DNA of 64,000 nt from Candidatus Gastranaerophilales bacterium (GCA_944322725.1 CALUPU010000007.1:8601-72600); one strand, 5' to 3'. Shown: positions 16,008-26,180, counted from the stretch's first letter. Notes: generated from the letters alone by a model not told the origin. Numbers and translations are program-made.

Positions 16008-16036
16008 AGCCTCCTTAAATGCGGGAGGCTTTTTTT
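16008..16036 (+). terminator. rho-independent terminator after rpmB
   Basis: AGCCTCC, a 9-nt loop, GGAGGCT, then TTTTTT. Confidence 0.75.
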
Positions 16037-16167
16037 GTTTAAAATTTCAACCATTTACCTGATAGCCAAAAATATTTTTGTACTATGATAAATCTATACA
16101 ATTTGTGTTTTAATCACAAAAGTGATAATATTACGATAAGTAAAAACGGTAAAAGAGGGTACATACT

Positions 16168-16854
16168 GTGTCAGAAGGTCATTTAATTGCACATTTAGGT
16201 CAATTTAGCGTTAATGTTGATACAGTTATTACGATGTGGATTACAATGGGAATCCTCATTGTTTTTGCCTTTCTTGCAACACGTAAAATGTCTATTATCC
16301 CTACAAAAATGCAGGCTGTAGCAGAAGGAATACTGGGTGCGTTTGTGGGATTGACCGATTCTATGATAGGTAAAAACGGGCGTAAGCACATACCTCTTCT
16401 TGCAACATTATTCCTGTTTATTTTAACAGCAAACCTGCTTGGGCAATTACCTTGGAGATTGTACCACCTAAAAACCGGTGAGCTTGCTTCTCCGACTAAT
16501 GATATCAATATGACAGCCGCAATGGCTATAATGGTTTTGATATATTACGTTTATCAGGGCGTAAAGGTTAAAGGGCTCAAGTACTTTTTACACGAGTTCA
16601 GCGCGGTAGGTATAATAATGGCGTTGATTGAACTTTTAGAAATGGTTGTAAGACCTTTCTCACTGGCTCTCCGTCTTTTTGCCAACATACTGGCAGGCGA
16701 ACTTTTGATAGTTACTTTTGTCGGACTTTGTGCTTATCTTTTGCCTCTTCCGTTTATGCTTTTTGAGGTATTTGTGGCATTTGTCCAGGCGCTTGTATTT
16801 ATGCTTCTGTCCACGGCTTACATAGCAATGGCTGCACAGGAAGAAGAACATTAA
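16168..16854 (+). CDS. atpB: F0F1 ATP synthase subunit a
   Basis: GTG start. Multi-pass membrane protein with the LALRLFANILAGE motif (essential Arg). First gene of the atp cluster. Confidence 0.9.
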   Translation: MSEGHLIAHLGQFSVNVDTVITMWITMGILIVFAFLATRKMSIIPTKMQAVAEGILGAFVGLTDSMIGKNGRKHIPLLATLFLFILTANLLGQLPWRLYHLKTGELASPTNDINMTAAMAIMVLIYYVYQGVKVKGLKYFLHEFSAVGIIMALIELLEMVVRPFSLALRLFANILAGELLIVTFVGLCAYLLPLPFMLFEVFVAFVQALVFMLLSTAYIAMAAQEEEH

Positions 16855-16897
16855 TTATAAAAACAACAAGAATTAGTAAATAAAAAAGGAGAAAATT

Positions 16898-17143
16898 ATG
16901 GCAGTAGAACAAGTAGCAGTTGAAGTTGCATCAATGGCTAAATTGGGTGCAGGTATTGCAATCGGTTTTGGTGCAATCGGTGCAGGAATCGGTTTGGGTA
17001 TTGCAACAAAGGGACTTTTGGATGCTGTATCAAGACAGCCTGAAATTGCAGGTAAAGCATTGATTTACTTCATTATCGGTGCAGGTCTTGCAGAAGCTTG
17101 TGCTATCTATGCATTATTCATAGCTTTGCAATTACTTGGATAG
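16898..17143 (+). CDS. atpE: F0F1 ATP synthase subunit c
   Basis: 81-aa hairpin proteolipid with GIGLGIA..RQPE..GAGLAEACAIYAL (carboxylate Glu). Confidence 0.92.
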   Translation: MAVEQVAVEVASMAKLGAGIAIGFGAIGAGIGLGIATKGLLDAVSRQPEIAGKALIYFIIGAGLAEACAIYALFIALQLLG

Positions 17144-17279
17144 CGGATTCAGGCAGGCACGAAGCTGCCTATGTGAGCAGGGTTAATGCAGTGTAAAAAT
17201 TTTAGAATAAAATTTTGGAACGAAATTCTAAACCTTGTGAACGTCTGTAATCCAAGACGCGGTATTATAAGGAAAACAA

Positions 17280-17756
17280 ATGGAAATTAACGCAACTATA
17301 TTAGTATCAGCAATAAGTTTTATCGTATTCATTTTTATAATGAACAAAATTTTGTACAAACCCGTGCTAGATATCATGGAAAAAAGACAAAATTATATTG
17401 ACGCAAATAAAAATGAAGCGGATGAACATCACAAAAAAGCAAAACAACTTCTGGCAGACAAAGACGCAAGAGTTGCTGAAGCACAAAGAACTTCGCGTGA
17501 TATAGTTGCGTCAAAAGCCGATGCAATCAAAGAAGAAAAATCTAAAGTAATAAATGACACAAAAAACAGTGTCTCAAGCTACTTTAGTGAACAAAAACAA
17601 AACCTTGCTCACCAGAAGGAAGAAGCTGCTGCTAATATGAAACATGATGTAGCTGATCTTGCAAACCGTCTCACCACAAAACTTATGGGAGAAGGCATTG
17701 TATTTGAACCTGTAGGTGAACAGGAAGTCGAAGAGGTAATGAAGAAAAATGCTTGA
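17280..17756 (+). CDS. atpF2: F0F1 ATP synthase subunit b-prime (assigned by position)
   Basis: Single N-terminal TM helix followed by a long charged coiled coil. First of two tandem b-type genes. Confidence 0.7.
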   Translation: MEINATILVSAISFIVFIFIMNKILYKPVLDIMEKRQNYIDANKNEADEHHKKAKQLLADKDARVAEAQRTSRDIVASKADAIKEEKSKVINDTKNSVSSYFSEQKQNLAHQKEEAAANMKHDVADLANRLTTKLMGEGIVFEPVGEQEVEEVMKKNA

Positions 17757-18252
17757 TTTTAGCTTCTCTAACATATTACATTCAAACGTTATTAACTTTG
17801 CTATAATGATTGCTTTGTTTGCTTTTATTGCATACAAATTGAAAGTAGGACAGAAAATAGAAGATATGACAGCTTCTATAAAAAGCAAAGTGGAAGAGTC
17901 TGATGCAATCAAAGAAGAGGCTAAAAAAGATTTTCAAAACATTGCTGATTCACTTGAACATATAGAAGACGAATTAAAAGCTATTGTTGACAAAGCTGAA
18001 CAAACGGCAAAATCATTTGAACAGAAGGCAAGAGAAGACCTCGATAAATCTGTAGCTTTGCTCAAACAAAATATTGAAAAGCAAATTGAAACAGAACAAA
18101 ACCACATAAAAGGCGAGCTTCTTAACAATGTTGCTTCCTCTTCAATTGAAATTGCTCAAAGACAGATTAAAACAGCACTGGACAAAGACAAACAGCTGCA
18201 CAGAAAGTATATAGAAGACTTTATTAACAGCATTGATAAAGCAGATGTATAA
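17749..18252 (+). CDS. atpF: F0F1 ATP synthase subunit b
   Basis: N-terminal TM helix plus a charged helical stalk. Overlaps the previous gene by 8 nt. Confidence 0.75.
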   Translation: MLDFSFSNILHSNVINFAIMIALFAFIAYKLKVGQKIEDMTASIKSKVEESDAIKEEAKKDFQNIADSLEHIEDELKAIVDKAEQTAKSFEQKAREDLDKSVALLKQNIEKQIETEQNHIKGELLNNVASSSIEIAQRQIKTALDKDKQLHRKYIEDFINSIDKADV

Positions 18253-18264
18253 CGGATAAGAAAA

Positions 18265-18819
18265 ATGACGTCAAAAACCATAGATAATAAATTAATACCA
18301 CTTGCAAAAAGATACTCTGATGCTTTGAGCGAAGTAGCAAAAAGCAAAAATGAGTTTGATAACGTCAAGAATGACTTGCAGACAGTGTGTGAGGCAATGG
18401 ACTCTGTTGTTGAACTTGCAAATTTTCTTGCTCATCCTGTTATTCCGCTTGCGGAAAAAAAGGAGATGGTAAAGTCTGTATTCGAAGGTAAAATCAATAA
18501 CGACGTATTAAACCTTATCTTTATACTGCTTGAAAAAAATAAAATAAATCTTCTCGGCGCGATTCTTTATTGTTTTGAAGAATCAATGGATGAAGCTAAT
18601 AATATACTCAAAGTCGGTGTTGTATCTGCTGTTGAGGTGGATGAAGACTTAAAACAAAGATTGAAAGAAAAACTCGAACAAAAACTGCAAAAGTCTGTGA
18701 AGTTTGAGTTTGATATAAATCCCGAAATCATTGCAGGGCTTGTTTTAAAAATTCAAGACAAAACCATAGACGGTTCAATGGCTGCAAAGCTTGAAGGATT
18801 TAAAAAAGTATTAAGATAG
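18265..18819 (+). CDS. atpH: F0F1 ATP synthase subunit delta (OSCP)
   Basis: 184 aa. Its position between b and alpha, and the C-terminal IIAGLVLKIQDKTIDGS pattern, are typical of delta. Confidence 0.8.
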   Translation: MTSKTIDNKLIPLAKRYSDALSEVAKSKNEFDNVKNDLQTVCEAMDSVVELANFLAHPVIPLAEKKEMVKSVFEGKINNDVLNLIFILLEKNKINLLGAILYCFEESMDEANNILKVGVVSAVEVDEDLKQRLKEKLEQKLQKSVKFEFDINPEIIAGLVLKIQDKTIDGSMAAKLEGFKKVLR

Positions 18820-18846
18820 AAAGTACAATCAATAAAGGAAAGTAAA

Positions 18847-20367
18847 ATGGCAACAATAAGACCGGATGAAATTACTTCTATAATCAAAGCCAAAATTGAA
18901 AACTACGCTTCCGAAATGGAAGTTTCAAACATTGGCTCTGTACTGGAAGTTGGTGACGGTATTGCCCGTGTTTACGGCTTGCGTAATGCAATGTCAAACG
19001 AACTTGTCGAATTTGAAGACGGCAAAGGCACACTGGGTATTACTCTTAACCTTGAAGAAGACAACGTAGGTGTTGTTATACTTGGTGAATATCAGCATAT
19101 TAAAGAAGGTATGACTGTAAAAACTACGGGCAGAATTGCTTCTGTGCCGGTAGGCGACGGTCTTATCGGAAGAATCGTTAACCCGACAGGTAAACCTGTT
19201 GACGGCAAAGGCGATATCCACTACGAAAAAACAAGACCTGTAGAAAGAGTTGCTCCGGGTATTGTTTCAAGAAAATCCGTTCACCAGCCGCTGCAAACAG
19301 GCTTGACTGCGATTGATGCTCTGACTCCTATCGGACGCGGTCAGCGTGAGTTGATTATCGGCGACAGGCAAACAGGTAAAACTGCTATTGCAATCGACAC
19401 AATCATCAACCAGAAGGGTCAGGATGTAATTTGTGTTTACGTTGCAATCGGACAAAAAACTTCTACCGTTGCACAGCTTGCAAAAAAATTGGAAGACTTC
19501 GGTGCAATGGATTACACAATCATTGTTTCGGCTACTGCTGATGAATCTGCTCCTTTGCAGTTTATTGCACCGTTTGCGGGTGTTGCAATTGCTGAAGAAT
19601 TTATGGAACAGGGCAAACACGTTCTTATTGTTTATGATGATTTGACAAAACACGCTCAGGCTTATCGTGCAATGAGTTTGCTGTTGAGAAGACCGCCGGG
19701 ACGTGAAGCTTATCCCGGGGATGTATTCTACCTCCACTCAAGACTTCTTGAAAGAGCTTGCAAATTGAGCGATAAATTAGGCGGCGGTTCTATTACTGCG
19801 TTACCTATCATCGAAACTCAAGCCGGTGACGTTTCAGCTTACATTCCGACAAACGTAATTTCTATTACAGACGGTCAGATATTCTTAGAAACAGGCTTGT
19901 TCAACTCAGGTATCAGACCTGCTATCAACGCCGGTATATCTGTATCTCGTGTAGGCGGTGCCGCTCAAACTAAAGCAACAAAACAAGTTGGCGGTAAATT
20001 AAGACTTGACCTTGCACAGTTCAGAGAATTGGAAGCTTTTGCTCAATTCGCTTCTGATCTTGACAAAGCTACTCAAGACCAGTTGAGAAGAGGACAAAAA
20101 CTTACAGAAGTTTTAAAACAGCCTCAGTATTCACCTTTGAGTGTTGCTAAACAGGTAAGTATCCTGTTCGCTGCAAACGAAGGTATACTCGATGATATCG
20201 ATAACAAGAATATTCAAAAATTTAAAAAAGAATGGTTTGAATACTTTGATGCCAATATGTCTGACCTTGCTCAAAGACTCAACGATGGTGCTGCTTTGAG
20301 TGATGAAGACAAAAAAGCACTCAAAGAAAACTTAGAAACATTCAAGTCATCTTTATTCAACGCATAA
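18847..20367 (+). CDS. atpA: F0F1 ATP synthase subunit alpha
   Basis: [11 protein letters not shown] Walker [43 protein letters not shown]. 506 aa. Confidence 0.95.
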   Translation: MATIRPDEITSIIKAKIENYASEMEVSNIGSVLEVGDGIARVYGLRNAMSNELVEFEDGKGTLGITLNLEEDNVGVVILGEYQHIKEGMTVKTTGRIASVPVGDGLIGRIVNPTGKPVDGKGDIHYEKTRPVERVAPGIVSRKSVHQPLQTGLTAIDALTPIGRGQRELIIGDRQTGKTAIAIDTIINQKGQDVICVYVAIGQKTSTVAQLAKKLEDFGAMDYTIIVSATADESAPLQFIAPFAGVAIAEEFMEQGKHVLIVYDDLTKHAQAYRAMSLLLRRPPGREAYPGDVFYLHSRLLERACKLSDKLGGGSITALPIIETQAGDVSAYIPTNVISITDGQIFLETGLFNSGIRPAINAGISVSRVGGAAQTKATKQVGGKLRLDLAQFRELEAFAQFASDLDKATQDQLRRGQKLTEVLKQPQYSPLSVAKQVSILFAANEGILDDIDNKNIQKFKKEWFEYFDANMSDLAQRLNDGAALSDEDKKALKENLETFKSSLFNA

Positions 20368-20376
20368 TTTGTAAAG

Positions 20377-20411
20377 TTTTCCGGCTTATTCACTTTGTGT
20401 AAGCCGGAAAA
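20377..20411 (+). other. intercistronic stem-loop between atpA and atpG
   Basis: 12-bp perfect stem TTTTCCGGCTTA / TAAGCCGGAAAA with no trailing U-run. More likely an mRNA stability or processing element than a terminator. Confidence 0.4.
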
Positions 20412-20434
20412 CAAGCATAATTAAAGGAAAATCC

Positions 20435-21373
20435 ATGCCAAATTTATTAGACATAAAAGACAGAATCTCAAGTATTCAAAATACAAAAAAAATTACTAAA
20501 GCTATGAAAATGGTTGCGGCTGCGAAGGTGAAAAAATCGCAGATTAAAGTAATCTCTGCCCGCCCGTTTTCAAGGGCTTTAGGCGAAGCATTTGCAAAAG
20601 TGCTTGCAAGTACTGAGGGCTTCTCGTCTAACGGTCTAAAAATTGAAAGAGCAATAGACAACTATCCTGTACTTATGCAAAAAAGAGAACAAAAAACCGC
20701 AGGTATCCTTGTTGTTACTTCAAATAAAGGGCTTGCCGGTGCTTATAACGCAAACGTTATAAGGTTCACTTTAAAGAGGATACAGGAATATAAAGAAAAA
20801 GGCATAGATTCTAAACTCTTTATTGTCGGTACAAAAGGTGTTGCTTCTTTGAAAAGAAGAGCACAGGAACAGGGCTTTGAGATAGTACAGACTTATACAA
20901 AAATTTCTCAGGAGCCTTCTTCTTCAAACGCTATTGTAATTGCAGAAGATATGGCTCAGGCTTTTGTAGACAACAAAATTGACAGTATAGAAATTATTAC
21001 TACCCGCTTTAAAAATATGATGTCATACAAAGTTGAGGATTGGAAAATTCTACCTGTTGATGACGTTGAAAAAGCACTCGGTGATAAACATGCAGAATCT
21101 CACTCAATAGACCCGCTTATGGCATTTGAACCTGATTCTGATCACATTTTGCAAAAAATTGTCCCTATGTTTATTACAAACATTATCTATCAAGCGTTGT
21201 TGGAAGCGGTTGCAAGCGAACTTGCTGCTAGAATGACAGCTATGTCCTCGGCAACAAATAATGCTGATGAAATGATAAGACTGCTCACAATTGATTATAA
21301 TAAAGCACGTCAGGCGGCTATTACGCAGGAAATCTCCGAGGTTGTATCAGGCGCTGATGCCTTGAAAAATTAG
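20435..21373 (+). CDS. atpG: F0F1 ATP synthase subunit gamma
   Basis: Starts with IKDRISSIQNTKKITKAMKMVAAAK and ends with ITQEISEVVSGADAL, both typical of gamma. Confidence 0.9.
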   Translation: MPNLLDIKDRISSIQNTKKITKAMKMVAAAKVKKSQIKVISARPFSRALGEAFAKVLASTEGFSSNGLKIERAIDNYPVLMQKREQKTAGILVVTSNKGLAGAYNANVIRFTLKRIQEYKEKGIDSKLFIVGTKGVASLKRRAQEQGFEIVQTYTKISQEPSSSNAIVIAEDMAQAFVDNKIDSIEIITTRFKNMMSYKVEDWKILPVDDVEKALGDKHAESHSIDPLMAFEPDSDHILQKIVPMFITNIIYQALLEAVASELAARMTAMSSATNNADEMIRLLTIDYNKARQAAITQEISEVVSGADALKN

Positions 21374-21415
21374 TACAATTTGGTATACAATACACTAGAC
21401 GTTATAAAACAGAGA

Positions 21416-22267
21416 ATGGTTATGGGATACAAAATATTAAGAAAAAAAGAATTATGTGCAAACCAGTATGAATTAACTATTCATGCTCCTTACATCACAA
21501 AAAATGCACAGGCAGGACAGTTTATAATTCTTAGAGTCTCAGAAGACGGTGAAAGGATTCCTTTAACCATAGCAGATTACAATAGAGAAAAAGGTGAACT
21601 GACTATTGTTTTTATGGCGGTTGGCTACACAACGAAACAGCTTGCGATGCTCGAAGTCGGAGATGAACTTGTTGATATTGTCGGCCCTCTCGGACAGCCT
21701 ACTCATATTGAAAAGTACGGCACTGTAGTTTGTCTTGCCGGCGGTTACGGCGCAGCTCCCTGTTATTTAATTGCAAAAGCTTTTAAAGAAGCCGGAAATA
21801 AGGTCTATATGATTATGGGTGCCAGAACAAAAGATTTAATTTTCTGGCAGGATAAAATGAAAGATGCCTGCACAGAACTTTTTATAACAACTGATGACGG
21901 CTCACTCGGTACAAAGGGCTTTGTAACAGGTGTTATGGAAGATATTATGAATAAAGAAAAGGTTGATTACGCAATTGCCGTAGGTCCTATGCCTATGATG
22001 AGAGCAGTTGCGGAATTGACGCGCGGCAAAGGAATCAAGACAGAAGCAAGCATGAACCCGATTATGGTTGATGGTACGGGTATGTGCGGTGCGTGCCGTG
22101 TTACTGTGGGCGGAGAAGTTAAATTTGCCTGTGTGGACGGACCGGATTTTGATGCTCACAAAATCGATTTTGATGAAGTTATAAATCGAACAAAAATTTA
22201 CAAAGATGAAGAAAGAAAACGCAGTGAAAACTGCAACCTGTATAAACAGGCAGAATCACTAAAATAA
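21416..22267 (+). CDS. PyrK/NfnA-like FAD/NAD(P)-binding electron-transfer subunit with a 2Fe-2S site
   Basis: AGQFIILRV..ERIPLTIAD (FAD-binding barrel), LAGGYGAAP (NAD fold), C-terminal CGACRV..FACVDGP cysteine cluster. The start is uncertain: 21380 TTG, 21416 ATG or 21422 ATG. Confidence 0.72.
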   Translation: MVMGYKILRKKELCANQYELTIHAPYITKNAQAGQFIILRVSEDGERIPLTIADYNREKGELTIVFMAVGYTTKQLAMLEVGDELVDIVGPLGQPTHIEKYGTVVCLAGGYGAAPCYLIAKAFKEAGNKVYMIMGARTKDLIFWQDKMKDACTELFITTDDGSLGTKGFVTGVMEDIMNKEKVDYAIAVGPMPMMRAVAELTRGKGIKTEASMNPIMVDGTGMCGACRVTVGGEVKFACVDGPDFDAHKIDFDEVINRTKIYKDEERKRSENCNLYKQAESLK

Positions 22268-22287
22268 TAATAACTAGGAGAATTGAT

Positions 22288-22464
22288 ATGGCTTCAATAC
22301 CAATATGCCCTTTAATGAGCGCAGGAAATGACATAGAAATAGTTTGTGCACAGGAAAAATGTGCCTGGTATCTTAAAAACTATAAAACTTGCTCTGTATA
22401 TCTTTTGGCACACAATGCCGCGCTGGACATAAAACAAAAACAATCGCAAATAAGCGGTAAATAA
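22288..22464 (+). CDS. small Cys-rich protein (58 aa), below the ORF-track size cutoff
   Basis: AGGAGA lies 7 nt before the ATG. The ORF is MASIPICPLMSAGNDIEIVCAQEKCAWYLKNYKTCSVYLLAHNAALDIKQKQSQISGK with four Cys (7, 20, 25, 35). A strong terminator follows immediately. Confidence 0.5.
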   Translation: MASIPICPLMSAGNDIEIVCAQEKCAWYLKNYKTCSVYLLAHNAALDIKQKQSQISGK

Positions 22465-22465
22465 T

Positions 22466-22499
22466 AAAAAAGAACTGATGTTGTATCAGTTCTTTTTTT
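22466..22499. terminator. bidirectional rho-independent terminator
   Basis: AGAACTGAT-gttgt-ATCAGTTCT hairpin with a flanking A-run and T-run, between convergent genes. Confidence 0.8.
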
Positions 22500-23670
22500 A
22501 TTCTTCTGTTTCTGGTTCGGATTCCGGTTCAGCTCCGGGGTTTTTTAATATATTATTTAATTTTTCAATATCTTCGTTTATTATTTGACCGGTTACAGCT
22601 TTTGTTAAAATAGCTTGCAATTTTTTGTAGTTTTCATCTGTGCATACTGCATTTTGTGCTTTAGCTTCTTCGCCAATCTTTGCTTCAGCTTTTGCGGTAT
22701 TTCGTCTTTGAATTATTGCGTTTATTTTTGCTGCTGTTTTTTCATCAAGTTTACCGGTATCATTTGCATTCTTTTTAATTGCATCCGCCGGTACTTGCGG
22801 ATATTTGCTTATTAGAGCAAGTGCTTTTTCTTCTTCTTCTGTATAGGTTTCTTTTGTTGGCTGATAAATTGCATCTAACTTTTTAGCATTTAATTCATTA
22901 TATTTTTCAGGATTTTCTTGTGCATCATTGAACATTGCCTCTGCAGTAGCTGATCTTTGTGCTTGAACTTGCTGTTCCTGATATGTCTGATACTGGTCTA
23001 AATATGTATTTTGTCTGGTATTCATATCTCCAATAAATGAATTGAGCATTGCATCAACATTTACATTCTGATTTTGTACAGGTGCATAACTGTATGATGA
23101 AAACTGCATATTATTCATCTGTTTCATTGCTTTTACAGCAAATACTCCTGACATTACAGTGCTGCCCATCATAAGACCGCTGCTGAGACCGGAGAGCAAT
23201 TGCCCTGAAAAATCATTTGCATTGCCTCTGTTAAAGGCCCAGGAATTGCTAAAGAATCCCAACACTCCTGCACCTGCAGTTGCAATAAACGGCATTGCTG
23301 CCATAAGACCATTGCCTAGTTTTTGCCAGAAATTCTTCTTTTTGGGTTGTTGCTGTATATATAATTGTTGTTGATATTGCTGGTATTGTGATTGTTTTGC
23401 TCTTGCTTCTTCTAATGCTTTTCTTTGTTCTTCAAATTTAGCATATTCTGCCAATTCTTCAGTAGTCATTTCTTCTTTTTTCAAAGACAAACCGCTTGCT
23501 TCCCAGAGTTCTTCTTTGGAAAGTGTCGCGCCGGAGGTTGTCCAGATGTCACCTTTGTCTATTCTACCGTTGCCGTTCTCATCCTTAACGGTAAAGGTAT
23601 CATTTCCTCTTGTAATAGTAAAGGTCGTTACACCATCTGTTGTTTGTCTGTTTACTTGAATGTCTGACAT
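22498..23670 (-). CDS. hypothetical Q/N-rich protein with a central Gly-rich hydrophobic segment (390 aa)
   Basis: Long ORF with charged, coiled-coil-like flanks (EEQRKALEEARAKQSQYQQYQQQ) and a hydrophobic core (GLMAAMPFIATAGAGVLGFF..LMMGSTVMSGVFAV). No recognised family. Confidence 0.55.
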   Translation of the reverse strand: MSDIQVNRQTTDGVTTFTITRGNDTFTVKDENGNGRIDKGDIWTTSGATLSKEELWEASGLSLKKEEMTTEELAEYAKFEEQRKALEEARAKQSQYQQYQQQLYIQQQPKKKNFWQKLGNGLMAAMPFIATAGAGVLGFFSNSWAFNRGNANDFSGQLLSGLSSGLMMGSTVMSGVFAVKAMKQMNNMQFSSYSYAPVQNQNVNVDAMLNSFIGDMNTRQNTYLDQYQTYQEQQVQAQRSATAEAMFNDAQENPEKYNELNAKKLDAIYQPTKETYTEEEEKALALISKYPQVPADAIKKNANDTGKLDEKTAAKINAIIQRRNTAKAEAKIGEEAKAQNAVCTDENYKKLQAILTKAVTGQIINEDIEKLNNILKNPGAEPESEPETEE

Positions 23671-23775
23671 GATATCCTCAATGTTTTATTCTTATATATA
23701 TAAAGTATATACAAAATGAATAATTGCATGGTTTGAGGATTTTTGTTAACAAAAGTTAACAATTATTCGATTAAT

Positions 23776-25461
23776 CTATGCCAGAGGCAGTTTTATAACA
23801 ACGCTGAAAATATTGTCTTTTGTAGATTCAAGTTCGATAGACCCGTTCATTGCAAGTATAAGACCTTTGACTATAAAAAGTCCTAAACCTGTCCCTCTGG
23901 TTGTCCTTGTTGTTTTATCATCAATTCTTGTAAATTTACCAAATAGCTTCTGCAGTTTTTCATGCGGGATATAGTCATAAGAGTTTGATATTTTAACAAT
24001 TGCGTGATTTTTATCCGTACTTGCCTCAATCAGTATAGGGGTATTCTCATAAGAGTACTTGTATGCGTTTTCAATCAGGTTGATAAAGACCTGTTCCAAT
24101 CTGTCTGTATCAGCAATAACATCGGGCAGATTCTCGGGAATGTTTATTCGCACTTCTCTGTCTGCTTTATGTTTTGTGGACAAAACAGCGTCATTGATTG
24201 AATCGGTAAGGTTTACCTCCCTTGGTATGAGATTAAGCTTTGCCCCTTCTATATCAGGTATAACCAGCAAATCTTCAACCATCCTGCTCAGGCGTTCGGA
24301 CTGATTTTTTATGATTTTAAGGGATTTTTGTATTGTCTCTTCATCGAGTTCTATATCCTGCCTCAAAAGACGTGAGGTATAACCTTTTATGCTGGTTAAA
24401 GGTGTGCGAAATTCATGGCTGACCGTATCAATCAGGTTTGAACGAAATTCGTCCAGTTTTTTCAGTTCTCTGTTTGTATGCTTAAGTTTTCTGTAGGTAT
24501 TGTTGATTTCATCAGCCATTTTGTTAAATTCTTCTGCAAGAAAGACTGTTTCATGCGGTGTAAAAACGCTTGTTAAAAGCCTTACCTTGCGTTTGTAATT
24601 CCCTTTTGAGAGAGCCATAATACCTTTTATCAGCTGGCGGATATTGATATAAAGGTAATATGTATACAAACCTACAACAAACATAATAAACAGCGCTGAC
24701 AGACACAAAGCCAGTATAATTTTTGAACGTGCCGTGTTGATTGTTGTTTTTGTAATATGATGGGTTGTGTTTACAATGATGGTTGTTTCAGGGTCAGAAA
24801 GCTTATAATAGGCAAGAGGCTGGTTTTTAACCTTTCCGAATATTACGGAACTGTCTTCAACAAGTTTTTTCGGCAGAGCATAGGTCACTCTTTTAAAGTC
24901 TTTTTCGTTATAATTGTGTGCGGCAACAAGTTTATTTTCTTTGTTGAGAATATAAATCTGCCTGTCGTCATTTCTGTATATGTTGAAAACCTGTTTTTCA
25001 AAGACTTTTACGTTAACTTTTGCCATAACTGCGTGATAGTCATCAAGTCTTTGAAAAATCTCTATATTTTTATTCAATTTGTTGTATGAAGAATAGTCGT
25101 TCCATTCTTTGTATTTATCCTTCTGAGCCTTATTAACAATATATAGTTCTGAAATTAAATTAGAACTTTTTAAAATATCCTTCATATAAATCTCTTTGCC
25201 AAAGTCCGAGGGAATATGGCGCAATGCAGTGACAATTTGGTTTAATTCGTCCTGACCGGATTCAGAAAAAGTTTCTATATTTGATGCAATAGACTCAGCA
25301 ATACTCAATGCGGAGTATTGCAGTTCGTTTCTGACAGCGTGCTGGTTGATATTGTTAACAATAATTGCACTGATTGTCGTAGGAACGATTACTGCAAGCA
25401 GAAGAACAATTATAATCTGCTCAACGATTTTCAATCTTTTAAATTTAATAGGATTTTTCAT
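23776..25461 (-). CDS. sensor histidine kinase (TM sensor, HAMP, HisKA, HATPase)
   Basis: H-box SHEFRTPLTSIKGY, N-box INLIENAYKY, G-box GTGLGLFIVKG, and two TM segments flanking an extracytoplasmic region. Confidence 0.88.
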   Translation of the reverse strand: MKNPIKFKRLKIVEQIIIVLLLAVIVPTTISAIIVNNINQHAVRNELQYSALSIAESIASNIETFSESGQDELNQIVTALRHIPSDFGKEIYMKDILKSSNLISELYIVNKAQKDKYKEWNDYSSYNKLNKNIEIFQRLDDYHAVMAKVNVKVFEKQVFNIYRNDDRQIYILNKENKLVAAHNYNEKDFKRVTYALPKKLVEDSSVIFGKVKNQPLAYYKLSDPETTIIVNTTHHITKTTINTARSKIILALCLSALFIMFVVGLYTYYLYINIRQLIKGIMALSKGNYKRKVRLLTSVFTPHETVFLAEEFNKMADEINNTYRKLKHTNRELKKLDEFRSNLIDTVSHEFRTPLTSIKGYTSRLLRQDIELDEETIQKSLKIIKNQSERLSRMVEDLLVIPDIEGAKLNLIPREVNLTDSINDAVLSTKHKADREVRINIPENLPDVIADTDRLEQVFINLIENAYKYSYENTPILIEASTDKNHAIVKISNSYDYIPHEKLQKLFGKFTRIDDKTTRTTRGTGLGLFIVKGLILAMNGSIELESTKDNIFSVVIKLPLA

Positions 25462-26180
25462 TAATCTTGTCCGATTTCCGATATAGGTGTAAGTTTGTAT
25501 CCGACGTTAGTTACAGTGTGCAGGTATTTGGGATTTTTTGTATCGGATTCGATTTTTTGTCTGAGACCGCCTACGTGCACTCTTACCATTCTGACATCTT
25601 CGTCAGAATCGTAGCCCCATACCTCGTCAAGCAGCACTGCAAGTGACACCGAATCGTTAAAGTGCTGCATAAGACAGTACAGTATTTCAAATTCAGTAGG
25701 TGTAAGCTTGATTTTTTTGCCTTCTATTGCAGTTTCGAGAGATTCCGGGAAAAGTTCAATATCTCCAATTTTGAGTATTTCCTGTTTAAAGGCTGTATCG
25801 CTGTTGGAAGAATCCGTATTTCTTCTTAAAAGTGCTTTTACTCTTAGCAAAACCTCTTGAATGTCGAAAGGTTTTACAAGGTAATCGTCAGCACCGCAGT
25901 CAAAGCCCTGTGTTTTGTCACCGATTGTGCCTTTTGCAGTCAGAAGAAGAACAGGAATATCGGGTTTTGCTTTCCTGAGGTTTTTGCAAACATCAAAACC
26001 ATTCATCTTGGGCATCATTACATCAAGCAGTACAAGGTCATAGGAGTTTGTAACGGCTTTGTTCAACCCTTCCATTCCGTCACAGGCTGTATCTACGCTG
26101 TAACCGCTGTGAGACAGGTCAAATTCCAATAACTCTCTGATTTCGTCATCATCATCAACAACTAATAATCTTTTTGCCAT
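25461..26180 (-). CDS. OmpR-family response regulator
   Basis: Receiver motifs VVDDDD, LLDVMMP and VKPF, plus a C-terminal winged helix (LTPTEFEILYCL..VRVHVGGLRQKI). Confidence 0.9.
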   Translation of the reverse strand: MAKRLLVVDDDDEIRELLEFDLSHSGYSVDTACDGMEGLNKAVTNSYDLVLLDVMMPKMNGFDVCKNLRKAKPDIPVLLLTAKGTIGDKTQGFDCGADDYLVKPFDIQEVLLRVKALLRRNTDSSNSDTAFKQEILKIGDIELFPESLETAIEGKKIKLTPTEFEILYCLMQHFNDSVSLAVLLDEVWGYDSDEDVRMVRVHVGGLRQKIESDTKNPKYLHTVTNVGYKLTPISEIGQD

